DNA of 64,000 bases, taken from positions 149,602-213,601 of IMG/VR virus record IMGVR_UViG_3300030419_004471. One strand, written 5' to 3'. Shown piece by piece: positions 38,537 to 48,900 of this stretch (the stretch's first letter is position 1; every line of letters starts with the position of its first letter). Made by a program: the position numbers and the translations under genes. The notes beneath the pieces were generated by a model, which saw nothing but the letters and a program-made list of their open reading frames with translations, did not search any database and was not told the DNA's origin.

Positions 38537-39281
38537 CTATCCCCAAAGGGATAATCATCTCCTCTTTCTCTCCTGTTTCGATATCTTCGTGCTCAAACTT
38601 CATATTCATATCTGGTTGGAGTTCCATAATATGATTTCTAAAAGCTCTAGTATCTCGTGATAAAAATTTATTATTAATAAAGTTATTAATTGATTTGGTA
38701 TCTTCTTTTCCATCTACAGATTGAATCATATATCTGTATCTTGTTGTAAGCTCAGCGGATACACCACCTTTATTTAATCTATCCATAGCTTTAACATCAA
38801 TATCGATTTTCTTCTCATCACCGTGTGAAAGTAATTTAAATTTTATTATATTTTTACCTATAGGAGTTACCCACTCATATAAGTTTTCTCTACTAAGTTT
38901 AGATAAATCTACATCTTTTGTTTGAATTTTTGCTAAATCAATATTAACATCTTCCTTATCACCATATTTGTTGGTAATTTCTGCTTTATATTCAGGCCCA
39001 TAACCCAAAATACGAGTTGCTAATACTATTGCGTTTTTATCTCCAAGAAGTATATCATCTGGATTTATTCCTTTATCAACTATTATTGATTCGAATAATT
39101 TATCTAATACTACACCTTTTTTAATTAAGTTTTGAGAAGCAAGTATTTCTTCTTCTTTTGCTGTCATATACTTGATTTCTACTTGTCCTTTTGCTAATGG
39201 GTGTTTTTCGGGATAACATTTTCCCTCTGAAGGTAACGATATGATTTCTGTAGGAAAATCATACTTTTTCTTTTCTGCCAT
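38514..39281 (-). CDS. tail assembly chaperone G (T4 gp26-like)
   Basis: Between tube and TMP; LPSEG..Y, YMTAKEEEIL, GDKNAI...RILGYG; ends in IGFFYPTE across a T7 run. Confidence 0.75.
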   Translation of the reverse strand: MAEKKKYDFPTEIISLPSEGKCYPEKHPLAKGQVEIKYMTAKEEEILASQNLIKKGVVLDKLFESIIVDKGINPDDILLGDKNAIVLATRILGYGPEYKAEITNKYGDKEDVNIDLAKIQTKDVDLSKLSRENLYEWVTPIGKNIIKFKLLSHGDEKKIDIDVKAMDRLNKGGVSAELTTRYRYMIQSVDGKEDTKSINNFINNKFLSRDTRAFRNHIMELQPDMNMKFEHEDIETGEKEEMIIPLGIGFFYPTE

Positions 39282-39343
39282 AATTTTTCTCTTATTGGTT
39301 TGTATATAAATATATAACTTTCAAAAAGTTGGAAAAAAAGCAT

Positions 39344-39378
39344 AAAAAAAGTTCTCACATAGAGAACTTTCTTTTTTT
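39344..39378. terminator. intrinsic (possibly bidirectional) terminator after the tail tube gene
   Basis: AAAGTTCTC-acata-GAGAACTTT hairpin flanked by A and T runs. Confidence 0.75.
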
Positions 39379-39393
39379 AAATATATTTTAGTA

Positions 39394-39882
39394 TTAGAAT
39401 TCTAAGATTGCGTAATCATAAGATAACGTCAATGTGATTTCAGCTGGGTCATTAGAAGCCCAATCTAAATCATTAAATGCAGCAGATGTAATAAATGCAC
39501 CTTTTAGTGTCCATTGTTCAATTTTATCACCAACTGGCCCTAACATATAGAAATTTACATCTTTCTTATAGAAATCTGCGTATCCATCTCTACCCGTTAA
39601 AGATTCGTGTGATGTTCTAACCCATTCCATCACTTGTTGTGCTCCTGAAGGAACGATAGGGTCATATAGAGTAATCTCTACATCTTGCCATTCACCTTTA
39701 CCTTTTAGTTTTCTCTTAACGTTAATATGGTCTAACGTTACAGGTTCAAACTGAATAGTAGGTCTGTTGGCTGTTTTTATTAAATATGAGTCTATACCAT
39801 CAATGTTCATAATGAACCTGTTCTTCATCTTCGGTTCGAAGTTGGTATAAAACATTTCGTTGAATTCTAATACTTCTGCCAT
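39394..39882 (-). CDS. tail tube protein (gp19-like)
   Basis: EPKMKNRF, W.D...TLYD, V..W.LKGAF, LTLSYDYA. Confidence 0.9.
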   Translation of the reverse strand: MAEVLEFNEMFYTNFEPKMKNRFIMNIDGIDSYLIKTANRPTIQFEPVTLDHINVKRKLKGKGEWQDVEITLYDPIVPSGAQQVMEWVRTSHESLTGRDGYADFYKKDVNFYMLGPVGDKIEQWTLKGAFITSAAFNDLDWASNDPAEITLTLSYDYAILEF

Positions 39883-39932
39883 TTTAATTTTCTCCTATTA
39901 TATAATATAAATATATAGTTTTTAAATTTTCA

Positions 39933-42311
39933 TTATGCTGAGAACGAAGCCCCTGTCGGTAGAATGTTGAAATCAATTACTATGAATTCAGCTGTCTTAG
40001 TAGGTTGTAAAAATATTTGTCCTGCTAAGATGTTTCTATCGATTACATCAGGAGTGTTGTTTGTTTCATCCATCACCACTTTGAATGCGTATAACCCTTG
40101 TCTTTGCTGTACACCTTCTAAATATGGTTGTACAGTGTTTATAAATCTATTTCTAGTCTGTGCCGTATTTTGTTCAAAGATTAAGTATCTTGAAGTACTT
40201 GCTACAAACTTTTTAACTTTAATCAATAATCTTCTTACATTAATTCTATCTAATGCTGAAGCTTTATCTTGTAATGTTTTTTGTCCGAATGCTACGATTC
40301 CTTCTCCAGGGAACGATGCGATTGGATTAACCTTACCTTCATAAAGTGTATCTCTTTCAGCGTGCGTTAATCTGTTCATTACAGAAACTGCTCCTACAAT
40401 TCCACCTCTGTTTAATCCAGCAGGTGCGAACCATTCGGCTGCTATTCTATCGTTAGCTGCGTAAATACCTGGCATCAATACTGATGGTGGTACTGCAGTT
40501 AATTTGTTAGTATTAATATCGATTGTTTTAACCCAAGGATAATAAGTACCAACATAGTTAGAATCTACTGCATCTGCTTGAGTTGTTGCTTGTGCTATAG
40601 TATCACTATGTGCGGTTGTATCTCCAATGAAGAAACAATCTGCTCTATCTTCACAAGTATCAACAATTTTATCAAACACATAAGAGTGTAATCTACGAAT
40701 AACACCTGGTGCTGATACTAAATTAATATCGAAATCATCAGGGTTAGAAATTGCGTTGATTGCTTTAACATATGCAACTGAACCACTACTTGTCGAATTT
40801 GTTAAGTTAAATCCTTGAGAGTTACCTGCTGTTATATCTGAACCAAGTTTCTTTCTTATCGTTGGAGAAACTCCATCGTATCCACTTTGGAACATTACAG
40901 TAAACTGTCTCTTAGCGATATCAACTGCTGCTGAACCTGTCATCTCATATGAGTATGAATGAGTACTACCGTCTATCTGAACACTTGTATCAAATGCAAA
41001 TACTCCGTTAGAACCTGTTCCTGCTGATTGAGGAATCGGTGCAACATAGTTTTTGTTATCAATCTTAATTGTAGCTGATTCTATATCCATACCAGCGTAT
41101 TTAACTTTTGAACTAGCCGTATTTGAATCAGAACCTGTACTGAATATTACTGCAGGTACTAAATCTTCTTCTGCTGAAGTAGCTGTACCACTAATATTAA
41201 TTGGGTTTTGATATTCACCGTGTCCAAATGGTGCTGATGTTATTGGGAATGCTCCTTCTGCTACACACTCAACATAAATATAATCAGAGTAATTTGCATA
41301 ATCTCCAGTTTCAGTTTGTTTACCATCTGAATCGATTGTTATGTATCTATCACCAATTACTTTTTTAATGTATTGAGGTGAAGCTGGGTCTAAGTTAACA
41401 TTATTAAATGTTTCTAAAACATTCTTTCTTTTATCAGTATCACTAAATTTTCTAACTGCTATAGAGAACGTTGCATAATCTGTAGATGCGTTGCTTCCTG
41501 CAGGTTTAACATTAAATACTGAGATTTTATATGCTTGGTTCGTATCAGTACCATGCGATATAGTATGGAATCTAAATAAGTTATGTCTTTGACCTGATAT
41601 TAATTGTGATTTAATATAAGGTGTGGTTGCTCTCTGAGTATCAACATTAAAGTCTTGGTCTGCTAATGATAAAAACTCAACTGATGAACCACTATTAATA
41701 AAGTAATCTACTTGATTCGTAGCGTTGTTTTCAAAATATTTGTAAACATATGCGTTTTTGCTTCCAAGCGGTGATTCCCCAAATAAATCTCTGATGTCAC
41801 TACCAGATGCTGGGATTACCGATGCGGATACTGCTGTTCCTAATTGTGAACCACTAATATTAAAAGTAGAAGAAGATAACTGACATTCAATTGTGTTAGT
41901 AGCTGATGGGAATCCAGTTCCTTCAGTTCCATTTTCAGTTGCAAATAGTGTACCTACTAATGTTCTAGCTCCAGCACTACCTGTAGTAGCTGCTGCATCT
42001 CTAGAACCAGATACTACGATACCTACTGGGTCAACCATAGTATATCCACCTAAGTGTCCTACTTTAACAATTGTTACAGTTCCTGCTTCTCTTAAATAGT
42101 TTTGTACGGTATATCCTGTATAGTATGTTCCATCAGGTACACCGAAAATTTCTTCAAATTCTGATTGGGTATTTACGATTGTTGGTACGAATGCAGGTCC
42201 TTTTTTGAAAGGTCCTATAATTGCGGCACCAATCTCACCTATTCCTTGCGAAATAAATGATAAATCATTTTCTCTTGTAAATACGCCAGGTGATACGATT
42301 TTTTCTGCCAT
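39933..42311 (-). CDS. tail sheath protein (gp18-like)
   Basis: SPGVFTRE, YYPWV, WFAPAGLNRG, NPIASFPG, GQKTLQ, RINVRRL. Confidence 0.95.
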   Translation of the reverse strand: MAEKIVSPGVFTRENDLSFISQGIGEIGAAIIGPFKKGPAFVPTIVNTQSEFEEIFGVPDGTYYTGYTVQNYLREAGTVTIVKVGHLGGYTMVDPVGIVVSGSRDAAATTGSAGARTLVGTLFATENGTEGTGFPSATNTIECQLSSSTFNISGSQLGTAVSASVIPASGSDIRDLFGESPLGSKNAYVYKYFENNATNQVDYFINSGSSVEFLSLADQDFNVDTQRATTPYIKSQLISGQRHNLFRFHTISHGTDTNQAYKISVFNVKPAGSNASTDYATFSIAVRKFSDTDKRKNVLETFNNVNLDPASPQYIKKVIGDRYITIDSDGKQTETGDYANYSDYIYVECVAEGAFPITSAPFGHGEYQNPINISGTATSAEEDLVPAVIFSTGSDSNTASSKVKYAGMDIESATIKIDNKNYVAPIPQSAGTGSNGVFAFDTSVQIDGSTHSYSYEMTGSAAVDIAKRQFTVMFQSGYDGVSPTIRKKLGSDITAGNSQGFNLTNSTSSGSVAYVKAINAISNPDDFDINLVSAPGVIRRLHSYVFDKIVDTCEDRADCFFIGDTTAHSDTIAQATTQADAVDSNYVGTYYPWVKTIDINTNKLTAVPPSVLMPGIYAANDRIAAEWFAPAGLNRGGIVGAVSVMNRLTHAERDTLYEGKVNPIASFPGEGIVAFGQKTLQDKASALDRINVRRLLIKVKKFVASTSRYLIFEQNTAQTRNRFINTVQPYLEGVQQRQGLYAFKVVMDETNNTPDVIDRNILAGQIFLQPTKTAEFIVIDFNILPTGASFSA

Positions 42312-42378
42312 TTTTTGTTCTCCTTTAGTGATAATGTAATATTATACACATATAAGTATTAAATAAAATTTCAAAAAG

Positions 42379-42675
42379 TTATTTTTTCTCTTCAGTTCTT
42401 GGTGTAAAAGTACCACTTACTGGGTCTAAGTCTCCATCACCATACTTTTCATTAAGAGATTTATATAACTCTGACTCTTTCTGAACTAAAGCATCATGCC
42501 TCTGTTCCATTTCGAGTTCTCTATTGTCCATATCAGCCATTACATTTCTTCTTCTAATATGTAATTGACCTAATTGAACAAAAATTTGAGATGCTTCATT
42601 TCTTATTTCAGAAATAGAATCCATCTCTTCTTTGGTAAACTTTTTTACGTTTTCTTGTACTTTTTCTTTTGCCAT
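42379..42675 (-). CDS. coiled-coil hypothetical protein
   Basis: Heptad pattern, ends KYGDGDLDP.SG.F. Confidence 0.7.
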   Translation of the reverse strand: MAKEKVQENVKKFTKEEMDSISEIRNEASQIFVQLGQLHIRRRNVMADMDNRELEMEQRHDALVQKESELYKSLNEKYGDGDLDPVSGTFTPRTEEKK

Positions 42676-42754
42676 TTTTGTAAAATTTAATGTAACATTA
42701 TTATATATATAAATATATAGTTTTTTTCAAAACGAAATATTTTTTTGTAGATTC

Positions 42755-44071
42755 TTATGAACTTATAGTAAAGGTCAAAGTTGCACTCCAGTCACTAGCT
42801 AAACCTTGGTCATAAGCTCTTACTCTAAGATATCTAGTTCCTGTTCCTATACCACTTATACCACTAACACTACTAATACTAGTTGCAACATGCCCAGTTA
42901 CATTAGCTATTGTTGAACCAAAATCATTATTATCATCAATTTGGTAATCATATGCGGTAATTCCGCCTGTACCCGTTGATGATGGTGCTGTCCAACTAAG
43001 AACATCTGTTCCTGAATTATATGCTAATGATGATGGTGCATCTGGTGCGGTTAAATCAGTATGGGAATTCCCACCTTTATTGTGAGTAACATATCCATTT
43101 ACTAAATAAGTATCTTGTACTTCTACATCTAAAGATACTATTTCTATTTCATCAGTATCTATTGTTATTGAAGTAATTTCTTTTTCTGTTAATACATCTC
43201 TTATCTCTTGAATTAAATAATCTCCGATTTCTAATCTTACTAATTCTTTAAATCTGTATTTTCCATCCGATTTATCTTTTACTAACATTGGGTGTTCGGA
43301 TGTACCTTTTACTTCACCATTATTAATGTTGTATATTTTATTACTAAAAGAGTAAGTTACATTTACTACTTTTACATTTTTTTGAGTTTCTCCAATTGTA
43401 TCAGATTCCCATTCTAAAAAATCACCATCTGAATCTTCTGATAATCCAGCTAATGCATATCCTTTTAATTCATCACCTTCATTTAAATCTCCAACCTCAA
43501 CTACATTTCCATCTGCTTTTGTTATAGGTGAATCAGATACTAAACATAATGCAGCTGCATTACCATCATATGAATCTACGGAATATATTGTTTTTGTAAC
43601 TGCAGTATTATATTTGTTTCCTGAACCTAAATGGTCATTAAATCCATCAGCGAATTTTACTTGAAGTGTATGTGCTTGAGCTCCAACTAATTGAGTTTGA
43701 GTTGCTGCATTTGTCATATTTCCAGCAGTAATAGTTATAGAACCACTACCAGCTGCAGCTGCATCATATGATGCTGATGTGAAATATGTAGTTCCAGCTG
43801 AAGTTATTGTCCAATCATAATTTTTCTTTTGGTCTTTTATTTTTTTAAATCGTCCACCTTCATTACTAAATGTTACAGTATAATCTTCTGCTGTACTTTC
43901 AACTACATAAGTATATCCACTTATTGAACTCACTGCATCTATAGAAAATGCTGACATTGATATTGGAGTTGCTGTACTACCAGCACAAGTACCCAATGAT
44001 TTGGTACTTTCATCACAAGCCGTTGCTAAACTATTTAGTGAGAGTGTATTTCCTGCTGCTAATGTTGCCAT
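42755..44071 (-). CDS. virion-type protein with Hint (intein-like) domain and C-terminal fibronectin type III domain
   Basis: Hint from C176 (CLVSD, 43546) through TSEH to HN (43079); FN3 PDAP...SWTAP...Y...VRA. Confidence 0.85.
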   Translation of the reverse strand: MATLAAGNTLSLNSLATACDESTKSLGTCAGSTATPISMSAFSIDAVSSISGYTYVVESTAEDYTVTFSNEGGRFKKIKDQKKNYDWTITSAGTTYFTSASYDAAAAGSGSITITAGNMTNAATQTQLVGAQAHTLQVKFADGFNDHLGSGNKYNTAVTKTIYSVDSYDGNAAALCLVSDSPITKADGNVVEVGDLNEGDELKGYALAGLSEDSDGDFLEWESDTIGETQKNVKVVNVTYSFSNKIYNINNGEVKGTSEHPMLVKDKSDGKYRFKELVRLEIGDYLIQEIRDVLTEKEITSITIDTDEIEIVSLDVEVQDTYLVNGYVTHNKGGNSHTDLTAPDAPSSLAYNSGTDVLSWTAPSSTGTGGITAYDYQIDDNNDFGSTIANVTGHVATSISSVSGISGIGTGTRYLRVRAYDQGLASDWSATLTFTISS

Positions 44072-44081
44072 ATATGTTCCC

Positions 44082-45077
44082 TTATATGTTATAAATATTT
44101 AATAATGAATCAATCCACAATTGTTTGTCTGAATAATTATCAATCATATACTTTTTTATTGTATTAAACCAATGATTTTTCGTTCCATATGAATCACTAC
44201 ATATCTTATTATAAATATCTTTAAATTCTTTTTTATTAGAAACTCTGTATGGATATTCGAAATCTTTACACCAAGATGTATGTAAAATCGGTAATTTTCC
44301 TCTATCTACTGCTTCAAATATACCATACCCAAATGGTTCATATGTAAATGCCGAATGAGATATTCCCCAATCCATTCCATAAAACTTTTCTTTAAAATTA
44401 CTATAATAATGATAAATCTTTGCTTTATCTAAATCAAGTTTTACACCATTTTTCCAAAATAAATTAAATTCAAACGAATTTGTAAATACTAAAGATTCCA
44501 ATCCATCTAAGTAATGTGGATTTTTTCTTCCCTCACATCTAGCAGCAAATCCTAGTTTGTTAGATTTACTTAATGGAAGATTGTGTTTAAATTCATAAAA
44601 GTTTGGTAATTTTTTATTTGGGATTAAAATATCAAATAATCCAACCCACAAAGAATGCTTCGCCCATTTATTAATTTTTTGTTCCCACGCCGAATCTACC
44701 CAAGGATGCCAACCTATTCCTGCATCTGTTCCAACTTGTGATTTTAAAATGTGGTCTACTGAATTATGTAATATATTTGAATGTATTTTATCTTTATTTT
44801 CTACTATTGCTTTCATTGGTGTATAGTGACCATGTAATATATTGATTCTTCTAGCACCATCACATATTTTTTTAAATTCACCAACATCATCACCTTGCCA
44901 ATGAGCTTCTATTGGAAATTTATAATCTTCGAATCCTTTGGGTTTTGTTCTATGTATAAGAAGTTTTGGTGTAACTTTTAAATGTGGTACAACTAATTCT
45001 AAGAAATCATTAACCCACATATCAGTACCAGCGTTTACCCAAGGCCCTCCGCCTGTAGTATAATAAACATCGTACAT
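44082..45077 (-). CDS. GT-B glycosyltransferase embedded in the tail fibre cluster
   Basis: FAARCEGRKNP; YEPFGYGIFEAVDRGKLPI (ExFG...EA motif). Confidence 0.8.
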   Translation of the reverse strand: MYDVYYTTGGGPWVNAGTDMWVNDFLELVVPHLKVTPKLLIHRTKPKGFEDYKFPIEAHWQGDDVGEFKKICDGARRINILHGHYTPMKAIVENKDKIHSNILHNSVDHILKSQVGTDAGIGWHPWVDSAWEQKINKWAKHSLWVGLFDILIPNKKLPNFYEFKHNLPLSKSNKLGFAARCEGRKNPHYLDGLESLVFTNSFEFNLFWKNGVKLDLDKAKIYHYYSNFKEKFYGMDWGISHSAFTYEPFGYGIFEAVDRGKLPILHTSWCKDFEYPYRVSNKKEFKDIYNKICSDSYGTKNHWFNTIKKYMIDNYSDKQLWIDSLLNIYNI

Positions 45078-45941
45078 TTATTTCATTTTTGATTCTAACT
45101 CTTCTACTCGTTTGATAAGTTCTTTATTTGATTCTATAAGAAGTGCTACTATCTTTTCGTATTTTACTGCTTTATATCCACTATCTCTTGTAGTTACAAT
45201 TTCAGGTAATACCTTTTCAACTTCTTGTGCGATTACACCAATATCATGCGTACCTTTATATATTTCGTGTTTATCGTTCCAATCAAATTCATATCCATTT
45301 AGTTGTTTTATCTTATCGTTTGGATTGGATATTCTTATTACATTATCTTTATATCTTTTATCAGATGATGCGTACGCAGTTACATCTTCTCCAACATTTA
45401 ATGCTTTTGCAATACCAACACCACCATCCACTATTAATGCTCCAGTAGTTTTAGTTGTTGATTGTGTGGTTGCATCAATATTAACTGCAGCAGCAAAATT
45501 TGTTGCTTTAGCTGCTTCTATTGTTGATGCACTACCATCTATAGTAAGGTATGTTTCAACTCCTCCAGAGCCATTATCTGATTGAAATATTATATCTTTA
45601 TCGTTAGTATCGTTGATGATATATAAATCACCTGTTTCGTTTTCTAACTTAGTATCGGTGCCATCGTGATGAATGGTAAAATCATCTCCTGTACCTAGCT
45701 TTATATATTTACTATCATTTAATTCAATTTGTCCGAATGAACCTGTTTGGGTTAATTCAATTGAACCTGTAGTAACAGAATCCGTAGTTACAATTTGCAC
45801 TATAGCAGCAGAACCATCATTCTTTTCGAAGAATATTCTACCATCGTATGTATTTATTGCTAATTCACCAAGCGATAGATTGGAAGTGCTTGGAACTTTT
45901 CCTTGTGTGGAAGAACGCCTTAATAATATTGTTTGTGCCAT
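45078..45941 (-). CDS. short tail fibre with C-terminal peptidase S74 chaperone
   Basis: N-terminal ILLRRS...LGELAINTYDGRIF; SSDKRYKDN...GVIAQEVEKVLPE...LLIES coiled coil. Confidence 0.88.
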   Translation of the reverse strand: MAQTILLRRSSTQGKVPSTSNLSLGELAINTYDGRIFFEKNDGSAAIVQIVTTDSVTTGSIELTQTGSFGQIELNDSKYIKLGTGDDFTIHHDGTDTKLENETGDLYIINDTNDKDIIFQSDNGSGGVETYLTIDGSASTIEAAKATNFAAAVNIDATTQSTTKTTGALIVDGGVGIAKALNVGEDVTAYASSDKRYKDNVIRISNPNDKIKQLNGYEFDWNDKHEIYKGTHDIGVIAQEVEKVLPEIVTTRDSGYKAVKYEKIVALLIESNKELIKRVEELESKMK

Positions 45942-45953
45942 TTAACTAAAATT

Positions 45954-48900
45954 CTATTTAGATTTCAGTTCCTCAATTTCTTGTTTCAATTCTTTAATTG
46001 CTTCAATCAGTAAAGGAACAATTTTGTCATATTTTACTGCTAAGTAACCATTATCCCTCGTATCTACGAGTTCAGGCATTACTGCCTTAATTTCTTGTGC
46101 GATTACTCCGTAATCTCTACCTTTATATATATTCTGTTTTTCTTCATTCCATTCAAAAGTGTTACCACTTATTTGTGAAACTTTACTTAAAGCCCCACCA
46201 ATTGGTTGAATATTATCTTTTAATCTCTCATCCGATGATGCGTATGCGATTACATCACCACCAGCACTTATTGTATTTAAAATACCTAAACCACCACTAA
46301 CAATTAATGTTCCAGTAGTTTTAGATGTCGAATCCGTTCCATCACCAGTAGTCCATTTTTGTCCTAATAAAGAACCAGTAACCATAGCTGCAGTTGCATT
46401 CCAAGTACCACCTGAACCACTAATTACTGTTGAGCCAAGGAATACCTGAGAAGAACCACTAACTAAGTTGGAACCTGATAGGTTTAATTTAGTATGTGCG
46501 ATTTGAGCTGCATCATTTACTTGTGTATTTGTAACAGCCCCATTTGCCATTTTAGCTGCTGTAACACCTAAATCTTTTATTCTTACTGCATCTGAATTAA
46601 TTTCAAGTGTTGAATTATCTGTGTTTACTGCAAAAGTTCTTCCAGTTGTTATATCACCACCACCCGTTAAACCATCTCCTGCAGTTAATGTTACATTACT
46701 ATGGTCAATGTGTTCGTTACCAACAAAACCTGTAGTATCATCGTGAACTATTTGAGATGAACCTGATACAACACCATTTGTTGCTCCGATTGAACCAACA
46801 ACTCTACCAAATGAACCTGATGTTGTAGTTATATCACCACTTGCACTTATATGCCCACTTGCGGTTATGTGTGAATTTGTATATAAATTTCCATCAACAG
46901 CAAGTTTAGCTACTGGTGTATTGTATCCTATACCAACTCTATCATTTGAAGCTTGTGTGAATAATAAGTAAGCATCGTCATCTCCTTCTATTCTAACATC
47001 TAAATCAGCTCCAGCTTCATTAAAAGTTATTTCGCTATTACCATTCGCGCCACCACTACCCTCTGTAAAGTCTAAACAATTTACATTACCAACTGTGATA
47101 TTTAAATCATCATTTCCAGTTTGACCGAAGGTTATTTTAGTATCCGTATCACCTTTATGGTAAATTGCTCCATCAATATATATTTCTCTCGTTATTACAT
47201 CACCACTTGCACTTATATCATTAGCAACATCCACATAACCTGAGAATGAACCACTTCCACCAACATTTAATACATTACTAGCGAAAGTTAAATTTGCCGA
47301 TGAATCAACTCCGTGTGTACCAGAGAATAGTGCTACTCTATTATCTACTCCACTACCACTTATTACTGTATCTCCATTACCTAATAACACTTTGTGTTCA
47401 AGTCCTTTTTGACCAGCCACCCAATAATCAGCACTAGCATCCCACAATAAAGAACCTGAAGTTCCTGTCCCATCTACATCTCCTACATACATCCCAGCAT
47501 CACCACTAGTGCCTAAATAATTTAATTCTATAATTCTATCACCAATTGTTACATTTGATGAGGAAACATATGTTGTTGTCCCATTAACTGTAAAGTTTCC
47601 AGTTACAGTAAGGTTATCGTTTATCGTTGTTTCTGAAGTTGTGTGTCCTATTTTAACTGGAACACCTGAGGTTACAGTACCTATAGAGATACCACCAGTT
47701 GTATCCGTAGTATCTATTGTAATATCGTCTGATGCATCTATATCTAAAGTAGTAGCATCTATATCAATTGGTTTATCTGTTGTAGTACCAATGTTAATTT
47801 GTGTTTGTGAATCTAAAGTAAGTGCACCTGATGATGATATATGAGTTGAACTTTCACCATTTATTGTAATTGCACCACTTGCATCTATATCCAATGTAGA
47901 AGAATCTATATCTATTGGAACATCTGCCGCAACACCGATATCAATTCCATCTGAACCATCAATAGTAACTTTACCATTTGATGTATCTATATCTACTCCA
48001 GTGTGTCCATCTAATATTAAATTACCTGCAACTGAATCTACTGTAATATTTCCAGCTGATGTTGTAAGATTTGTAGCTCCTGCACCATCAATAGAAACAG
48101 TAGAAGTACCATCTATAGTAATTGCCCCACTTGCATCTATATCTAAAGTAGTTGAATCTATATCAATTGGCTTATCAACGGCAACTCCAATATCAATACC
48201 ATCCGCACCGTCTATGGTAACTTTACCACTATTTGATGCGTCTATATCTACACCTGTATGCCCATCTAATGTTAAACTACCAGCTTCTGAATTTATTTCT
48301 ATATTACCTACCGAAGTATTAAGGTTTGTTGTTCCATCTACATCAATAGATAAAGTAGAAGTACCATCTATTGTTATTGCTCCACTTGCATCTATATCAA
48401 GGGTTGATGCATCTATATCGATTGGTTTATCAGTAGTTGTACCGATATTAATTCCTGTTTCTGAATTTAAACTAAGTGCTCCAGATGATGAAATCGCTGT
48501 AGTTGATTCACCATTAATAGTTATTGCACCAGTTATATCTACATCTAAGAAAGTTCCAGCTGATGCTGATATGTAAGTATCAGAATGTAAATTGATTGGT
48601 CCACCTTGTATATCTAATGCTCCACTTTGGTATAAAGATTTCCATCTTTGTGAATCTGAACCTAAATCGAATTTTGCGTTTTTATCTGGGATTATAGAAG
48701 AACTAATATCTGCTTTAAATACAATATTATCAGTTGCAGAGTCTCCAAAATCAAGACCACTGCCTCCCATTGTGATATTACCTCTTATTGTTGCATTTCC
48801 ATGCAAAAAAAGATTTGAACCACTAATATCTGCGGTTGTTATGAATGAACCAGTGTTAATATAATCAATTAACGCTACCCTATATAACGAGCCACTCGCT

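Noticed and set aside
43079-43546. Canonical splicing intein
   Set aside because: The residue after His-Asn is Lys rather than Cys/Ser/Thr, and there is no endonuclease domain or conserved host enzyme.
47712-48530. Host O-glycosylation sequons D(S/T)x in fibre repeats
   Set aside because: The Bacteroidota general O-glycosylation system acts in the periplasm, fibres assemble in the cytoplasm, and the motif is expected by chance in D/S/T-rich repeats.
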